From: Macrostomum lignano
Lineage: Eukaryota
Direction: 5' to 3'
DNA length: 64,000 nucleotides
NCBI GenBank assembly: GCA_002269645.1
Contig: NIVC01002405.1
Location: 62,001-126,000, forward strand
Numbering within the stretch: position 1 is the first letter of the stretch; every line of letters begins with the position of its first letter. The translations under genes were made by a program, and so were the position numbers. Below, piece after piece: positions 1 to 17,560 of the stretch. The notes beneath the pieces were generated by a model, which was not told the origin of the DNA, did no database searches, and worked only from the letters and a program-made list of their open reading frames with translations.

Positions 1-3000
1 GCTGGCGGGCACTTCAGCCAGGCCGCCACCCCCGTCACCCGCTGCACCACCAGGCGGGACACCGACTTGTGGCTCCGGGCCCGGCAGCCCGACCCCTGCG
101 TCCTTGACGACGTCAGAGGGCTGCAACAGTGAGGGTGGACTGACTGACTGACTGACTGACTGACTGACTGACTGACTGACTGACTGACTGACTGACTGAC
201 TGACTGACTGACTGACTGACTGACTGACTGACTGACTGACTTACCTGAGCTGGAACTTCAGCCGGCTGAAGGCCCTGATGGTGAAATCGACCTCAGCATC
301 GCCGAACTGCGGCAGCAGCACGTAGCTCCCAGGCGGCAGGCTGGCCCCCAGGGTGATCACCGCCCGGCGCTCCATCGCCGCTCGCGCCACCAGCCGCGCG
401 GACGGCGGCCCGGCACCCAATGGCAGGCGGGTGTTGCGGTTGTCCTCAGCCCGCAGCAGCTCCAGGCCCATGGGCGCCAGCAGGTCGGGTCTGCAGGCCG
501 CCTCCGGCCCGCCCTGCTCCAGACAGACCGTCACCGTCTGGAAGCCGTCGCCGCGGACGCGCAAGAGGTACTGCGGCTCAGTTGGCGGATTGCCGGCGCC
601 CCGGCGGCCCTCCAGGCAGACTCGCTTCCAGTTGCGGCTTCCGTCGGGAGCCAGGCTCATGTCCAGGTCGCTGAACCTGGCCATCGCGTCCGTGAGGCTG
701 ATCCTGGAGTGTCCGGGACATGCAGCTTTTCAGTGTAACACAGATACAGGTGTCAACATGCAGCCATTGACAGTGTACATCAGAACATGCAGCCATTCCC
801 AGTGTACATTAAAACATGCAGCCATTCCCAGTGTACATCAGAACATGCAGCCATTCCCAGTGTACATCAAAACATGCAGCCATTCCCAGTGTACATCAGA
901 ACATGCAGCCATTCCCAGTGTACATCAAAACATGCAGCCATTCGCAGTGTACATCAGAACATGCAGCCATTCCCAGTGTACATTAAAACATGCAGCCATT
1001 CCCAGTGTACATTAAAACATGCAGCCATTCCCAGTGTACATCAGAACATGCAGCCATTCCCAGTGTACATCAAAACATGCAGCCATTCCCAGTGTACATC
1101 AGAACATGCAGCCATTACCAGTGTACATCAGAACATGCAGCCATTCCCAGAGTACAACAGAACATGCAGCCATTCCCAGTGTACATCAAAAACAGATGCA
1201 GCCATTCCCAGTGTAAATCGTCATGTACATAAGAAAACCCAGCTATTTTATTATTATAATACCAAAAAAACTACTTTTGCTACTAAAAAACAGTAGCTAG
1301 GTGAGCATGTTGCAAATGACATCTATTAGTTATTCCAGTCTCCGGCACTCACCAAAAAACGCAGTCATCTTTAAACCAGTGATTCACCCGGCTGGCCGAT
1401 TCAATGTCGAGCTGGCCCCACTCGGGCCCGCTGAAAGGGAATATTTTTGGCGGATGTCAGGCACTGACGTGTGAATAAAATGATCCCGGGGTTGCGATGA
1501 GAAGCCAGTCTCACCCGTCACGCCACGGCCCTTTCCACTCGCTGTTGTCATGAAAATGCGCCGTCTGCAGCTTGAGCAGCCACACTGGTGACCCGTCCTT
1601 CAGCCGCACCTGCTGCACATCGCTGAGCAGGTAGCCCCGGCCATAGACTAAATTATCCGCTGTGTAGTCGCCCGTCCGCCTGCCTTTGCCCTCGGGCTGA
1701 ATAATGAAGCAAAATGGCGATGGTCTGCGTCAGCTATGCGTCAGCTATGCGTCAGCTATGCGTCAGCTATGCGTCAGCTATGCGTCAGCTATGCGTCAGC
1801 TATGCGTCAGCTATGCGTCAGCTATGCGTCAGCTATGCGTCAGCTATGCGTCAGCTATGCGTCAGCTATGCGTCAGCTATGCGTCAGCTATGCGTCAGCT
1901 ATGCGTCAGCTATGCGTCAGCTATGCGTCAGCTATGCGTCAGCTATGCGTCAGCTATGCGTCAGCTATGCGTCAGCTATGCGTCAGCTATGCGTCAGCTA
2001 TGCGTCAGCTATGCGTCAGCTATGCGTCAGCTATGCGTCAGCTATGCGTCAGCTATGCGTCAGCTATGCGTCAGCTATGCGTCAGCTATGCGTCAGCTAT
2101 GCGTCAGCTATGCGTCAGCTATGCGTCAGCTATGCGTCAGCTATGCGTCAGCTATTTTAGTCAGTGTGAGATTTCGAGTATCACATGCGGCATGGGCGAG
2201 AGCTGAGGTGGCTGCGAGCTGCAGGGAGTCAGAAATTCAAGGACAGATTGAGCAGAACAGCTGAGGCCCCCGATCTCAAAGGCTGCATCTTGCCTGAGGC
2301 GGTGGCAGCAATAGGGGGGGGGGTAGGGCTGAACCAGAGGCGCCTTGAGCTTGTAATTTAATTTTCCAAAATTGAATTCTGGCGAGATCTCGGTGAAGAA
2401 AAGAATGGCGACCTCGCGATTCCGGCAGCAGTCAGGGAAAGAAACAAGGGCGTTCTGCGAATTTCAACAAAAAAGCAAAATGTCTGCCTTCCTGGCTGCC
2501 TGCTGCAAGTAATGCAGCTCTCTATGCTTAATTATATATATTTAGCGTGGCAGATGCGAAACCTTATAGTAGGTAAGTTAGTACGGGATGTACTTTTATA
2601 GATTAGCACTCAGTTAATGTTCCCTGAGAGTTCGGGACAGCCGTGTGACTGATAGCCACACCACTGCTCATCAGGTTACTCTTAACTTATCAGCTGCATC
2701 AGACTGAGACTCACTCCAGCTGCATCAACCGAGAGACTCACTCCAGCTGCATCAACCGAGAGACTCACTCCAGCTGCATCACCTGAGAGACTCACTCCAG
2801 CTGCATCATCTGAGAGACTCACTCCAGCTGCATCACCTGAGAGACTGACTCCAGCTGCATCACCTGAGAGACTCACTCCAGCTGCATCATCTGAGAGACT
2901 GACTCCAGCTGCATCACCTGAGAGACTCACTCCAGCTGCATCATCTGAGAGACTGACTCCAGCTGCATCATCTGAGAGACTCACTCCAGCTGCATCATCT

Positions 3001-4978
3001 GAGAGACTCACTCCAGCTGCATCATCTGAGAGACTGACTCCAGCTGCATCATCTAAGAGACTCACTCCAGCTGCATCACCTGAGAGACTCACTCCAGCTG
3101 CATCACCCGAGAGACTCACTCCAGCTGCATCAGGCTGAGAGACTCACTCCAGCTGCATCACCTGAGAGACTGACTCCAGCTGCATCACCCGAGAGACTCA
3201 CCCGCAGACTGAACAGCAGGATGCTGTCACGCCGAACGAAGCTCTGCAGAATTCGCGCCAGCCGATCCCGGGCCACGGGGTTCGTCAAGTCCACCTGAGC
3301 CTGCAGATGTCGGAGGTCCCAGCTGTCCGGGATGCCCCGGCAGAAGCTGGCAATGGCGTCGGCGATGCGGCCGTTCGCGAGAGCCGCGTAGCCACCATGG
3401 AGTCTGGGACGGGCGGGATGGTGCGGAGTTGGTAAGCAAGGTTGTTGCGGCCAGTCCTGCATCAGCTGAATCGGTGAGACGCTTATGAGACACTTCCCGG
3501 ACACTTCCCGGACATTTTATAGACAGTTTTATAGACATTTCTAGACATTTCGTGGACACTTCACAGAAAATTTCAAGCAACTGTCCTGACACTTTCCAGA
3601 TATTTTCTAGACACTTAACGGACATCTTCAGACAAATTCAAAGACATTTCTATGACACTTCTGGACATTTCTTAGACACTACCCGGGCATTACTCAAGCT
3701 ACTCGTACTTTCTAGAAACTTTCTGGACACTTCTCGACAACATCTCGGACACGTTCTGACATATACCGGGACATTTCCAAGACATTCCCTGGACACTTCC
3801 CAAAAATGTTGTAGATACTTACAAAGACACTTCCGGGAAATTTTATAGACACTTCCCAGACACTTCTCAGACACTTCCCGGACACTTCCCGGACACTCAC
3901 TTGGCGTAGGCTTTCTCCAGCAGAGCGCTCCAGAACTCGGCGCCGTCATCGGAGTGACAGCGGAGCAGCTGGCCACCCCGCGAGGGCAGTCGGTCATCGA
4001 CCACCACCCGGTAGGCGCGGCCCTGGCGGCCGAACTCGAACTGCAAGATGCCGGGGTGGAACTGGGTGCCGTAGTCCTGGTCGGCGTAGCTGGGGATCAG
4101 CTGGAGCAGCAGGCTGGGCCGCGCCGTCAGGACGGAGCAGGCGGTGGCGAACCAGGCCGAGGCGCCGCGCTCGCTGCCGACCACATCGGCGCCGGACACG
4201 CCGTCCGAGAGCAGGCGCGGCCCCACGGCGAGCTCCGACGGGCGGAGCCACTCAACGCCGTCGTTGTCGATGCCGGGCCCGGCCTCGAGAGGGAACTCAG
4301 GGTCTTCGAACTTCCGGCTGAAGGTGAGGTGGTTCCGGCGCAGCGTCTGCCGGAGCGGGACAGTCAGTTTGGGGTGGGAATATTCAGCATGGACTGCAAT
4401 GGACTCCCATGGACTACTATGGACCACTATGGACCGCCATAGACTACTATAGACTGCCATAGACTACTATGGACTACCATGGACTGCCATAGACTACTAT
4501 GGACTGACATGGACTACTATAGACTGCCATAGACTACTATGGACTACCATGAACTGCCATAGACTACTATGGACTGCCATGGACTGCCATAGACTGCCAT
4601 GGACTACAATGGACTGCCATGGATTGCTGCGGATTTCTGAAAACTACTATACCGGTAGAATGTCATGGACTCCTGGATTCTCCGATAACTCTCGGCTACT
4701 CAAACTTCCACCCAAGGACCCCCATTAGTTCTATTAGCAGCCTCCGCGAGAACTCAACACTTCAAATATTTATTTTAATTTATTAAAAAGCTCAATTTCG
4801 CTAGAAATCTAATTCAAGTGACGTCTACACGGATTCATAAATAGCTTTTTAATCCATCGTATCAAGTCAAGTTTTACCACGAATTTTTTTTAGAACACAT
4901 GCTCGCTTTCTTACCATATTTGAGATTCGATCAACTACTCACCTTGTAGTTCTGACTCTTGTACTTGACAACGGCCAT
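1..4978 (-). CDS. Calpain-family protein (CysPc + C2-like domain III), catalytically dead; 3' end beyond window
   Basis: Exons 4978-4943, 4346-3901, 3403-3202, 1696-1515, 1430-1353, 703-245, 120-<1. All introns are GT-AG and phases are consistent (0,2,0,2,2,2). Calpain motifs: FEDPEFP, VEWLRP, VVVDDRLP, EFWSALLEKAYAK|LHGGYAAL, EWKGPWRDG, VFWISL, domain III NPPTEPQYLL and LPPGSYVLLP. Confidence 0.92.
138..240. repeat. (GACT)n microsatellite filling a 124-bp calpain intron
   Basis: Pure GACT run starting at the GTAAGT donor (244) of intron 244-121. Confidence 0.97.
755..1215. repeat. 29-bp minisatellite (CATGCAGCCATTCCCAGTGTACATCAGAA) in calpain intron
   Basis: Direct tandem copies; the source of the spurious MQPFPVY ORFs. 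Confidence 0.95.
1726..2155. repeat. 11-bp minisatellite (GCGTCAGCTAT)x~39 in calpain intron
   Basis: Perfect tandem array ending about 30 nt from the acceptor at 1697. Confidence 0.97.
2690..3201. repeat. 27-bp minisatellite starting exactly at calpain splice donor
   Basis: Minus-strand unit GTGAGTCTCTCAGGTGATGCAGCTGGA; the first unit begins at the GT at 3201. Confidence 0.95.
3490..3898. repeat. Degenerate ~11-bp repeat (GGACACTTCCC-like) in calpain intron
   Basis: Recurrent GACACTT/GACATTT cores throughout intron 3900-3404. Confidence 0.8.
4388..4622. repeat. 10-bp minisatellite (ATGGACTACT/ATAGACTGCC)
   Basis: Tandem copies near the acceptor of calpain intron 1. Confidence 0.9.
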
Positions 4979-5394
4979 GCTGCAGTTAGTGGCCAAAATT
5001 TCAGCAAGACGCCTGTCAGAAAGAAGACTTGAACCATTGGGCATTTCGGACAATGCAGGGCGTCTGTTTTATGACAACCCCACCGAGTCGCGGGCGGGTG
5101 TACACTCGACAATGCGCAGCGGAGAACAGTGTGCAGCAGTTTGCACTGCCAGCGGCTACCCCTCCTCAGCAGGTGTCTTTCATCAAGATACCAGGGGCAG
5201 CGAACTCAGTGAGCTGCTGAGAATTCTCTTACTCTGTTGTCAAGCCAACGAGGGACGAGGGGCTTTGAGTGTACTCAGGGGCTGGAGGGGAGAGTGTGGG
5301 ACACTGTGCCAGTAGTTTGCATAGAAATGTATTCTTATGGGCGCCAGTGCTACCAAAAGGGCAATAAATTTAATTGGGTGACGAAAAAAACTAG

Positions 5395-5712
5395 ATGGCG
5401 CCAATGCTGATTAGGTGGCGCCAAGGCTAATTAGGTGGCACCAAGGCTAATTAGTTGGCGCCAACAAGGCTAATTAGGTGGCGCCAATGCCAATTAGTTG
5501 GCTCCAAGGCTAATTAGGTGGCGCCAAGGCTAATTAGTTGACGCCAAGGCTAATTAGGTGGCACCAAGGCTAATTAGGTGGTGCCAATGCCAATTAGTTA
5601 GCGCCAAGGCTAATTAGGTGGTGCCAATGCCAATTAGTTGGCGCCAAGACTAATTAGGTGGCGCCAAGGCTAATTAGGTGGCACCGACAAGGCTAATTAG
5701 GTGGCGCCAAAG
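5395..5712. repeat. 20-bp minisatellite with GGCGCC core (GGTGGCGCCAAGGCTAATTA)
   Basis: About 15 imperfect tandem copies. Confidence 0.9.
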
Positions 5713-6056
5713 CTACTAAGGTGTTGCCGGTCACCGGTTTTATCTGTATTCTGATAAGCACAAAGCTTGCCAAACAAATTGCTTCCTGAGCACAGAGAGC
5801 TCATCCCCGGGCGTGTCGATTCTTAAGTTGGCCACAAACTCTGGCCTTCGCCTCGCCTTTGCTCGGACAGCCGCTACAACGGCGAGCTTAGGGTCGGATA
5901 AATGCTCCCCGACATCAGGTAAACAGCTTCTCGTAGTTCGCTGTGGCCTTCACAGCTGCCGGCCTAATCCATGAGCTATTTTATGTTAATAATTAAGACT
6001 GCGGAAATTTCCCCGAGCACGCTTCTCTCCGCAACAGTTGCTAACTGCAATCAGCT

Positions 6057-7190
6057 GCCCCTCCCTCTGCTCCTCCCTCTGCTCCTCCCTCTGCTCCTCC
6101 CTCTGCTCCTCCCTCTGCTCCTGCCTCTGCTCTTCCCTCTGCTCCTGCCTCTGCTCCTGCCTCTGCTCCTCCCTCTGCTCCTGCCTCTGCTCCTCCCTCT
6201 GCTCCTGCCTCTGCTCCTCCCTCTGCTCCTGCCTCTGCTCCTGCCTCTGCTCCTCCCTCTGCTCCTGCCTCTGCTCCTGCCTCTGCTCCTGCCTCTGCTC
6301 CTCCCTCTGCTCCTCCCTCTGCTCCTGCCTCTGCTCCTCCCTCTGCTCCTCCCTCTGCTCCTCCCTCTGCTCCTGCCTCTGCTCCTCCCTCTGCTCCTCC
6401 CTCTGCTCCTGCCTCTGCTCCTCCCTCTGCTCCTGCCTCTGCTCCTCCCTCTGCTCCTGCCTCTGCTCCTGCCTCTGCTCCTCCCTCTGCTCCTCCCTCT
6501 GCTCCTCCCTCTGCTCCTGCCTCTGCTCCTCCCTCTGCTCCTGCCTCTGCTCCTGCCTGTGCTCCTGCCTCTGCTCCTCCCTCTGCTCCTCCCTCTGCTC
6601 CTCCCTCTGCTCCTGCCTCTGCTCCTGCCTCTGCTCCTGCCTGTGCTCCTGCCTGTGCTCCTGCCTCTGCTCCTGCCTCTGCTCCTCCCTCTGCTCCTGC
6701 CTCTGCTCCTGCCTCTGCTCCTGCCTCTGCTCCTCCCTCTGCTCCTCCCTCTGCTCCTGCCTCTGCTCCTGCCTCTGCTCCTCCCTCTGCTCCTCCCTCT
6801 GCTCCTGCCTCTGCCTCTGCCCCCTCTGCCATTGCCACTCCCTCCACCCTCTGCTCCTGCCTCTGCTCCTGCCTCTGCTCCTGCCTCTGCTCCTCCCTCT
6901 GCTCCTCCCTCTGCTCCTGCCTCTGCTCCTCCCTCTGCTCCTGCCTCTGCTCCTGCCTCTGCTCCTGCCTCTGCTCCTCCCTCTGCTCCTGCCTCTGCTC
7001 CTGCCTCTGCCCTCTGCCCCCCTCTGCCATTGCCACTCCCTCCACCCTCTGCTCCTGCCTCTGCCCTCTGCCTCTCTGCCATTGCCACTCCCTCCACCCT
7101 CTGCTCCTGCCTCTGCTCCTCCCTCTGCTCCTGCCTCTGCCCTCTGCCCCCTCTGCCATTGCCACTCGCTCCACCCTCTGCCTCTCTCTG
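6057..7190. repeat. 12-bp pyrimidine-rich minisatellite (CCTCTGCTCCTS)
   Basis: Long tandem array; produces the LLPL/GAEG/SRGR ORF artefacts. Confidence 0.97.
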
Positions 7191-8319
7191 GCACTCCTCC
7201 CAGCCACCAGTCAGAGAGAAATGGCTTGCAATGCCTCAGTTCATTGTGAATAATGGTGCAGCTGCCCGAACGTCACCTCCACTCCCGGTTGGGCCTACAT
7301 CTCATCTCTATATCTAGCGTATTCACCACTGAGTCTTAGCCTTATAATTCTGAAATGAGATAGCATCTCATCTTTCCTTGAGCAATTTTTTGCACTCGGT
7401 CCAGCCTCTCCAAGATGTACTGCATCCCTTTGCGCATGTCCCCCGCAATATTGCCTGCTTATTAACGGTGCAGCTGCCATCCGGTCTCTCGGTCAGCGGC
7501 CTGTGCCGGGTCTGTTTACTCTGCCTCCAGCCAGTAGTGATTTCTCAAACTGTGCTCGCCACGGCATCAGTGCGTGCTCACTGCCTGCAATGCTCAGCCT
7601 TGCCCCCCGAGCTGAGCACTATCTGGAAAAACACTGGGCCACCTTCTCCTTCAGATAATCTCCTCAATTGAACCTTTTATCTCCATTGTCCTGCGTTTTC
7701 CCACCTCCCCACCTCCCCTCTCCCCTCTCCCTCTCTCCCCCTTTCCCTCGCACATCTTCGCCCATTCCATCGGCTTCCCGTCATCTCCGACTTGAATCAG
7801 TACAAAATGCACTGCTGCAAGACTAAACCTGCAATAGCATGACGTGCCCTCATCCGTGGAGAAGAGTTTAAATAGTCACCCCTGCTAGCCGGGCAGACTG
7901 TATTTAATTACCGACTGTTCTAAAGGAGAGCTTGGAAGACCCAAAAATCTCCCAGGAAAAAGCCAGCCAGGGCGAGATTCTAAGAAAAGGCAGCTCCCGA
8001 TTGCTGTCAAATTTGTGAGAAATGACCTAAAAGGTTTTGTATTTTAGCACAGGAACGGAGGCTGAGGAAACTTCTATGCTGGTTCTATCGATCCACTCTG
8101 GATTCCTTGCTGCTTTTACATTCCCAACCCTCTCCTGCTCTACAGCTTGCTCGTCCGTCAACTCGGAGGCTTGATGGTCTTCAACCAGCTGGCCTGGAAA
8201 CTGAGTGTCCGACATGCGCGCGTGTTATCACGGATTTGTACCGATTTGTACTAATCCAAGATATTGGAGCTTTCCCCACTCTCACCTACCTTATCTCTTC
8301 CTCATTCTATGATCTCTGG

Positions 8320-8825
8320 CATACCTCTCACTTCTTGACCACCTCTTACTGCTTGCCCACCTCTCACTGCTTGTCCACCTCTCACTGCTTGTCCACCTCT
8401 TACTGCTTGCCCACCTCTCACTTCTTGCCCACCTCTTACTGCTTGCCCACCTCTCACTACTTGCCCACCTCTCACTGCTTGCCCACCTCTCACTTCTTGC
8501 CCACCTCTCACTTCTTGCCCACCTCTCACTTCTTGCCCACCTCTCACTTCTTGCCCACCTCTCACTTCTTGCCCACCTCTCACTGCTTGCCCACCTCTCA
8601 CTGCTTGTCCACCTCTCACTTCTTGCCCACCTCTCACTGCTTGTCCACCTCTCACTGCTTGTCCACCTCTCACTTCTTGCCCGCCTCTCACTTCTTGCCC
8701 ACCTCTCACTTCTTGCCCACCTCTCACTTCTTGCCCACCTCTCACTTCTTGCCCACCTCTCACTTCTTGCCCACCTCTCACTGCTTGCCCACCTCTCACT
8801 GCTTGCCCACCTCTCACTGCTTGCC
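8320..8825. repeat. 18-bp minisatellite (CCCACCTCTCACTTCTTG)
   Basis: Tandem copies. Confidence 0.95.
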
Positions 8826-9483
8826 CTTTTTAACTGATTAGGCAGTGCCATCTCCCTCTCTTCTCTTCCTCTCACTCTCCCCCTCTCCCTCTCCCATTTC
8901 CCTCTATCACTCTCCTTTCTACCTCTCCCCTTTCCCCCCTCTATCTCAACCTCTCTCCTTCTCCCGCTTTCCATCTTCCTCTTTTCCTTCCTTCAACCTC
9001 TCTCCCCTTGCAATCTCCCTTGCCCCAAAATCTCTTCAAATCCTTTTTGGCAGCGGCCGCTTCGTTGATTTTATAAACAGCTTGGAGGCGGGGTGACGCA
9101 AGCAGAACAGCTTCTGTCGCCCTGCGCCGGCCCCTCCACCCCTGCCTGGAGCCTTACTCAGTCCATTATCCCCGTCTCGAAACTGCCCCACGCGTGCCTC
9201 ATTAATGAGCTGATCCGGCCGGCTCTGCGGCGCTCAAACCGCAGCTGCAGTGCCCACATCAAAGTGGCAGAAGGAGCGGAATGGCGCAGAATATGCGCGG
9301 AAAACTTTGTAAACAAAGTGATACTTTTTTACTCTGTTGCTTACAAGCTGGACTTTGATTATAGGCCTGGGAGAGACCCAGGGGTGACTTGGAAATGGCG
9401 GATGAATCCGGTGACTCAGGCTCCAGGATCTCTCCTGGGGGATGCGGAGAGACACGCATAATGAACACGGTTCCGGCTCGTGT

Positions 9484-10611
<1,128 letters not shown>

Positions 10612-11039
10612 CTTAACTAGCCTTGCAACTAGCAGCACAAACCGGCAGTTTCAAGACAGGCAAAGCGGCTGAAAGCAGACTGGCTGGGGAGGGATATCGC
10701 TGGAATGAGGAGGAGGCGCATCCGGGCAGAGTGGGGGTAAGGGAGGCGGGCAGCAGAGTGCGCTCCTCCACTCCAATGGACGGTGGCCTGATACGTCCCT
10801 TCGCGTCCAGCTCGGGGGACCCGGCGACCCCCTCTGCCCCGACCGCACTCTGCCCGGCTGCAAAGCTCTCGCGCTCTCGGCCCGAAGCTGGCCGGGGATT
10901 CAGCCGGCGATTCACCGCTGCGAGCGACAGACAACCGCTGCCAGGCAGAGCCGATCCGCGCAACTGGGACGACAGCCCAACAGCAGGTGAGCCTGGGAGC
11001 TCGGGCTTCGCTTTTGGTGGCTTGTTGATCTAACAGGCT

Positions 11040-11630
11040 GAGCCTGAGGGAGGCTGAGAGAGAGACTGAGGAGACTGAAAGAGAGAGAGAGAGACTGGGA
11101 GTAGCGTAGCAGGGAGACTGAGAGGGAGACTGAGAGAGAGACTAAGCGGGAGGCTAAGAGGTAGCGTAGGAAGTAGACTGAGAGAGACTGAGAGTTAGGC
11201 CTGGGAGGGAGACTGAGGGAGACTGAGAGGGAGACTGAGGGAGACTGAGAGGGAGACTGAGAGGGAGACTGAGAGGGAGACTGAGAGGAGACTGAGAGGA
11301 GACTGAGAGGAGACTGAGAGGAGACTGAGAGGTAGGCCTGCGAGGCAGACTGAGAGGGAGACTGAGAGGAGACTGAGAGGGAGGCTGAGAGGTAGGCCTG
11401 GGAGGGAGACTGAGAGGAGACTGAGAGGGAGGCTGAGAGGTAGGCCTGGGAGGGAGAATGAGAGGTAGGCCTGCGAGGGAGACTGGGAGGGAGACTGGGA
11501 GGGAGACTGAGAGGTAGGCCTGGGAGGTAGGCCTGGGAGGGAGACTGAGAGGTAGGCCTGGGAGGGGAGACTGAGAGGTAGGCTGAGAGGGGAGGCTGAA
11601 AGGTAGGCTGAGAGGTAGGCTGAGGAGACT
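11040..11630. repeat. Purine-rich GAGACT/GGTAGGCCT low-complexity repeat
   Basis: Recurrent AGACTGAGAGG and GGTAGGCCTGGGAG units. Confidence 0.85.
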
Positions 11631-12558
11631 TGAGATCGACTGGCACTGAGGCAAAGGAAGCCGATAAGACCTGATTTTAGGGGCAGGGCCTCACAGAAAG
11701 GAGCAGCGCAGCCAGCTCGGGAACTGCCAAGCTTAACCAGGTCGCATCTCGGCAAAATTGGCAAGTCGCATTCAACCTGGTCCGGAAAGTGCACACAAGC
11801 CAGGCAGGTCTGCAGCCGCTGGGCCAAGTGCGCTTGCGCATGAGCGACTGCAGTGCAATGGCTGAACCGGGCATAGAGCGGGGTGCATGCAGGCGAAGGG
11901 AAGGCTGGGAGGATCAGAGTTCTGCCTTCCACTTTTGCTTCCCAAAATCGCTGCTCGCTTTCGCTTCCCATCTTCCCGCTCTCCCCTCCATTCTGAGAGC
12001 TCAACTGACTGGGGATTGGGAATCTGCTTGCTTTTGGTGTAGGAAAAAAATACGCCGAAGCCACTTTTCAGTCCTCCATCTTCTAATTCTTCATATCTGG
12101 GCATTCAACCGATTTTCAATTGGCACTTTAGCGCCAGTGCAGACTAAGGTGGTGGGGCTAAGCGTTGCAGCCAAGCCACGACCCCTGGACCCCGCATTCA
12201 GTTGGGGCTATCGTGTACGAAAGACTGGCTAGGGGTTAAGTTGCGTGCGAATCACACCCATGGGGGGCCAGCCCTTAAGGCACAGAGACTGTACATGCCT
12301 GATGGTTAGAAAGTCAGGGCCGCAGTACACTCTGTGTGTGACTGTCTTGAGTATCCGCGCGCTTGAATGTGCTCAGGAGCCAGCGGAATGGGCGATTGTC
12401 ACCCTGACCGGGTATACAAGGCGAAAGCCGCAACTCCCCAAAAATGCTAACACTGCATTAGCTGCACATCAGGCCTGTGTGTGCCCTAAATCCGCACATC
12501 GTTGCTCTTCGTTACTCAGGCAACTAAAGTGCATCTGCCCGTCAGCCACGCCGCAGCC

Positions 12559-16767
<4,209 letters not shown>

Positions 16768-16864
16768 TGCAGCAAAGACTTGTAATTGAGTTCCCCCTGG
16801 GGCCGAAAAGATTTATTTGTTAAAAGCGACACCAAAAAGTCCCTTCATGAGCTTGAATCAGTGA

Positions 16865-17560
16865 CCATGAGTCAGAGCATGAGTCAGTGCAGGATGTACC
16901 AGTTTTGGAGTATTAGTCAGTGCAGGAGGATATACCAGTTTTGGAGCATGAATCAGTGCAGGATGTACCAGTTTTGGAGCATGAGTCAGTGCAGGAGGAT
17001 GTACCAGTTTTGGAGCATGAATCAGTGCAGGAGGATGTACCAGTTTTGGAGCATGAATCAGTGCAGGATGTACCAGTTTTGGAGCATGAGTCAGTGCAGG
17101 AGGATGTACCAGTTTTGGAGCATGAATCAGTGCAGGATGTACCAGTTTTGGAGCATGAGTCAGTGCAGGAGGATGTACCAGTTTTGGAGCATGAATCAGT
17201 GCAGGATGTACCAGTTTTGGAGCATGAGTCAGTGCAGGAGGATGTACCAGTTTTGGAGCATGAATCAGTGCAGGATGTACCAGTTTTGGAGCATGAGTCA
17301 GTGCAGGAGGATGTACCAGTTTTGGAGCATGAGTCAGTGCAGGAGGATGTACCAGTTTTGGAGCATGAGTCAGTGCAGGAGGATGTACCAGTTTTGGAGC
17401 ATGAGTCAGTGCAGGAGGATGTACCAGTTTTGGAGCATGAGTCAGTGCAGGAGGATGTACCAGTTTTGGAGCATGAGTCAGTGCAGGAGGATGTACCAGT
17501 TTTGGAGCATGAGTCAGTGCAGGAGGATGTACCAGTTTTGAAGCATGATTCAGTGCAGGA
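16865..17560. repeat. 33/36-bp minisatellite (ATGAGTCAGTGCAGGAGGATGTACCAGTTTTGGAGC)
   Basis: About 20 tandem units of two length variants. Confidence 0.95.

Noticed and set aside
5971-7317. Long ORFs of 350-450 aa on both strands (LLPL, GAEG, SRGR)
   Set aside because: They are open in several frames at once because of a 12-bp repeat, with no flanking domain, splice support or codon bias. The same applies to the ORFs over the arrays at 755, 1726, 8320, 9484, 11040, 16865, 37070, 40869, 44410, 45650, 51465, 52465, 57120 and 58810.
16865-17560. Possible CRISPR array (33-36-bp repeat length)
   Set aside because: Units are head-to-tail with no unique spacers, there are no cas genes, and the context is eukaryotic.
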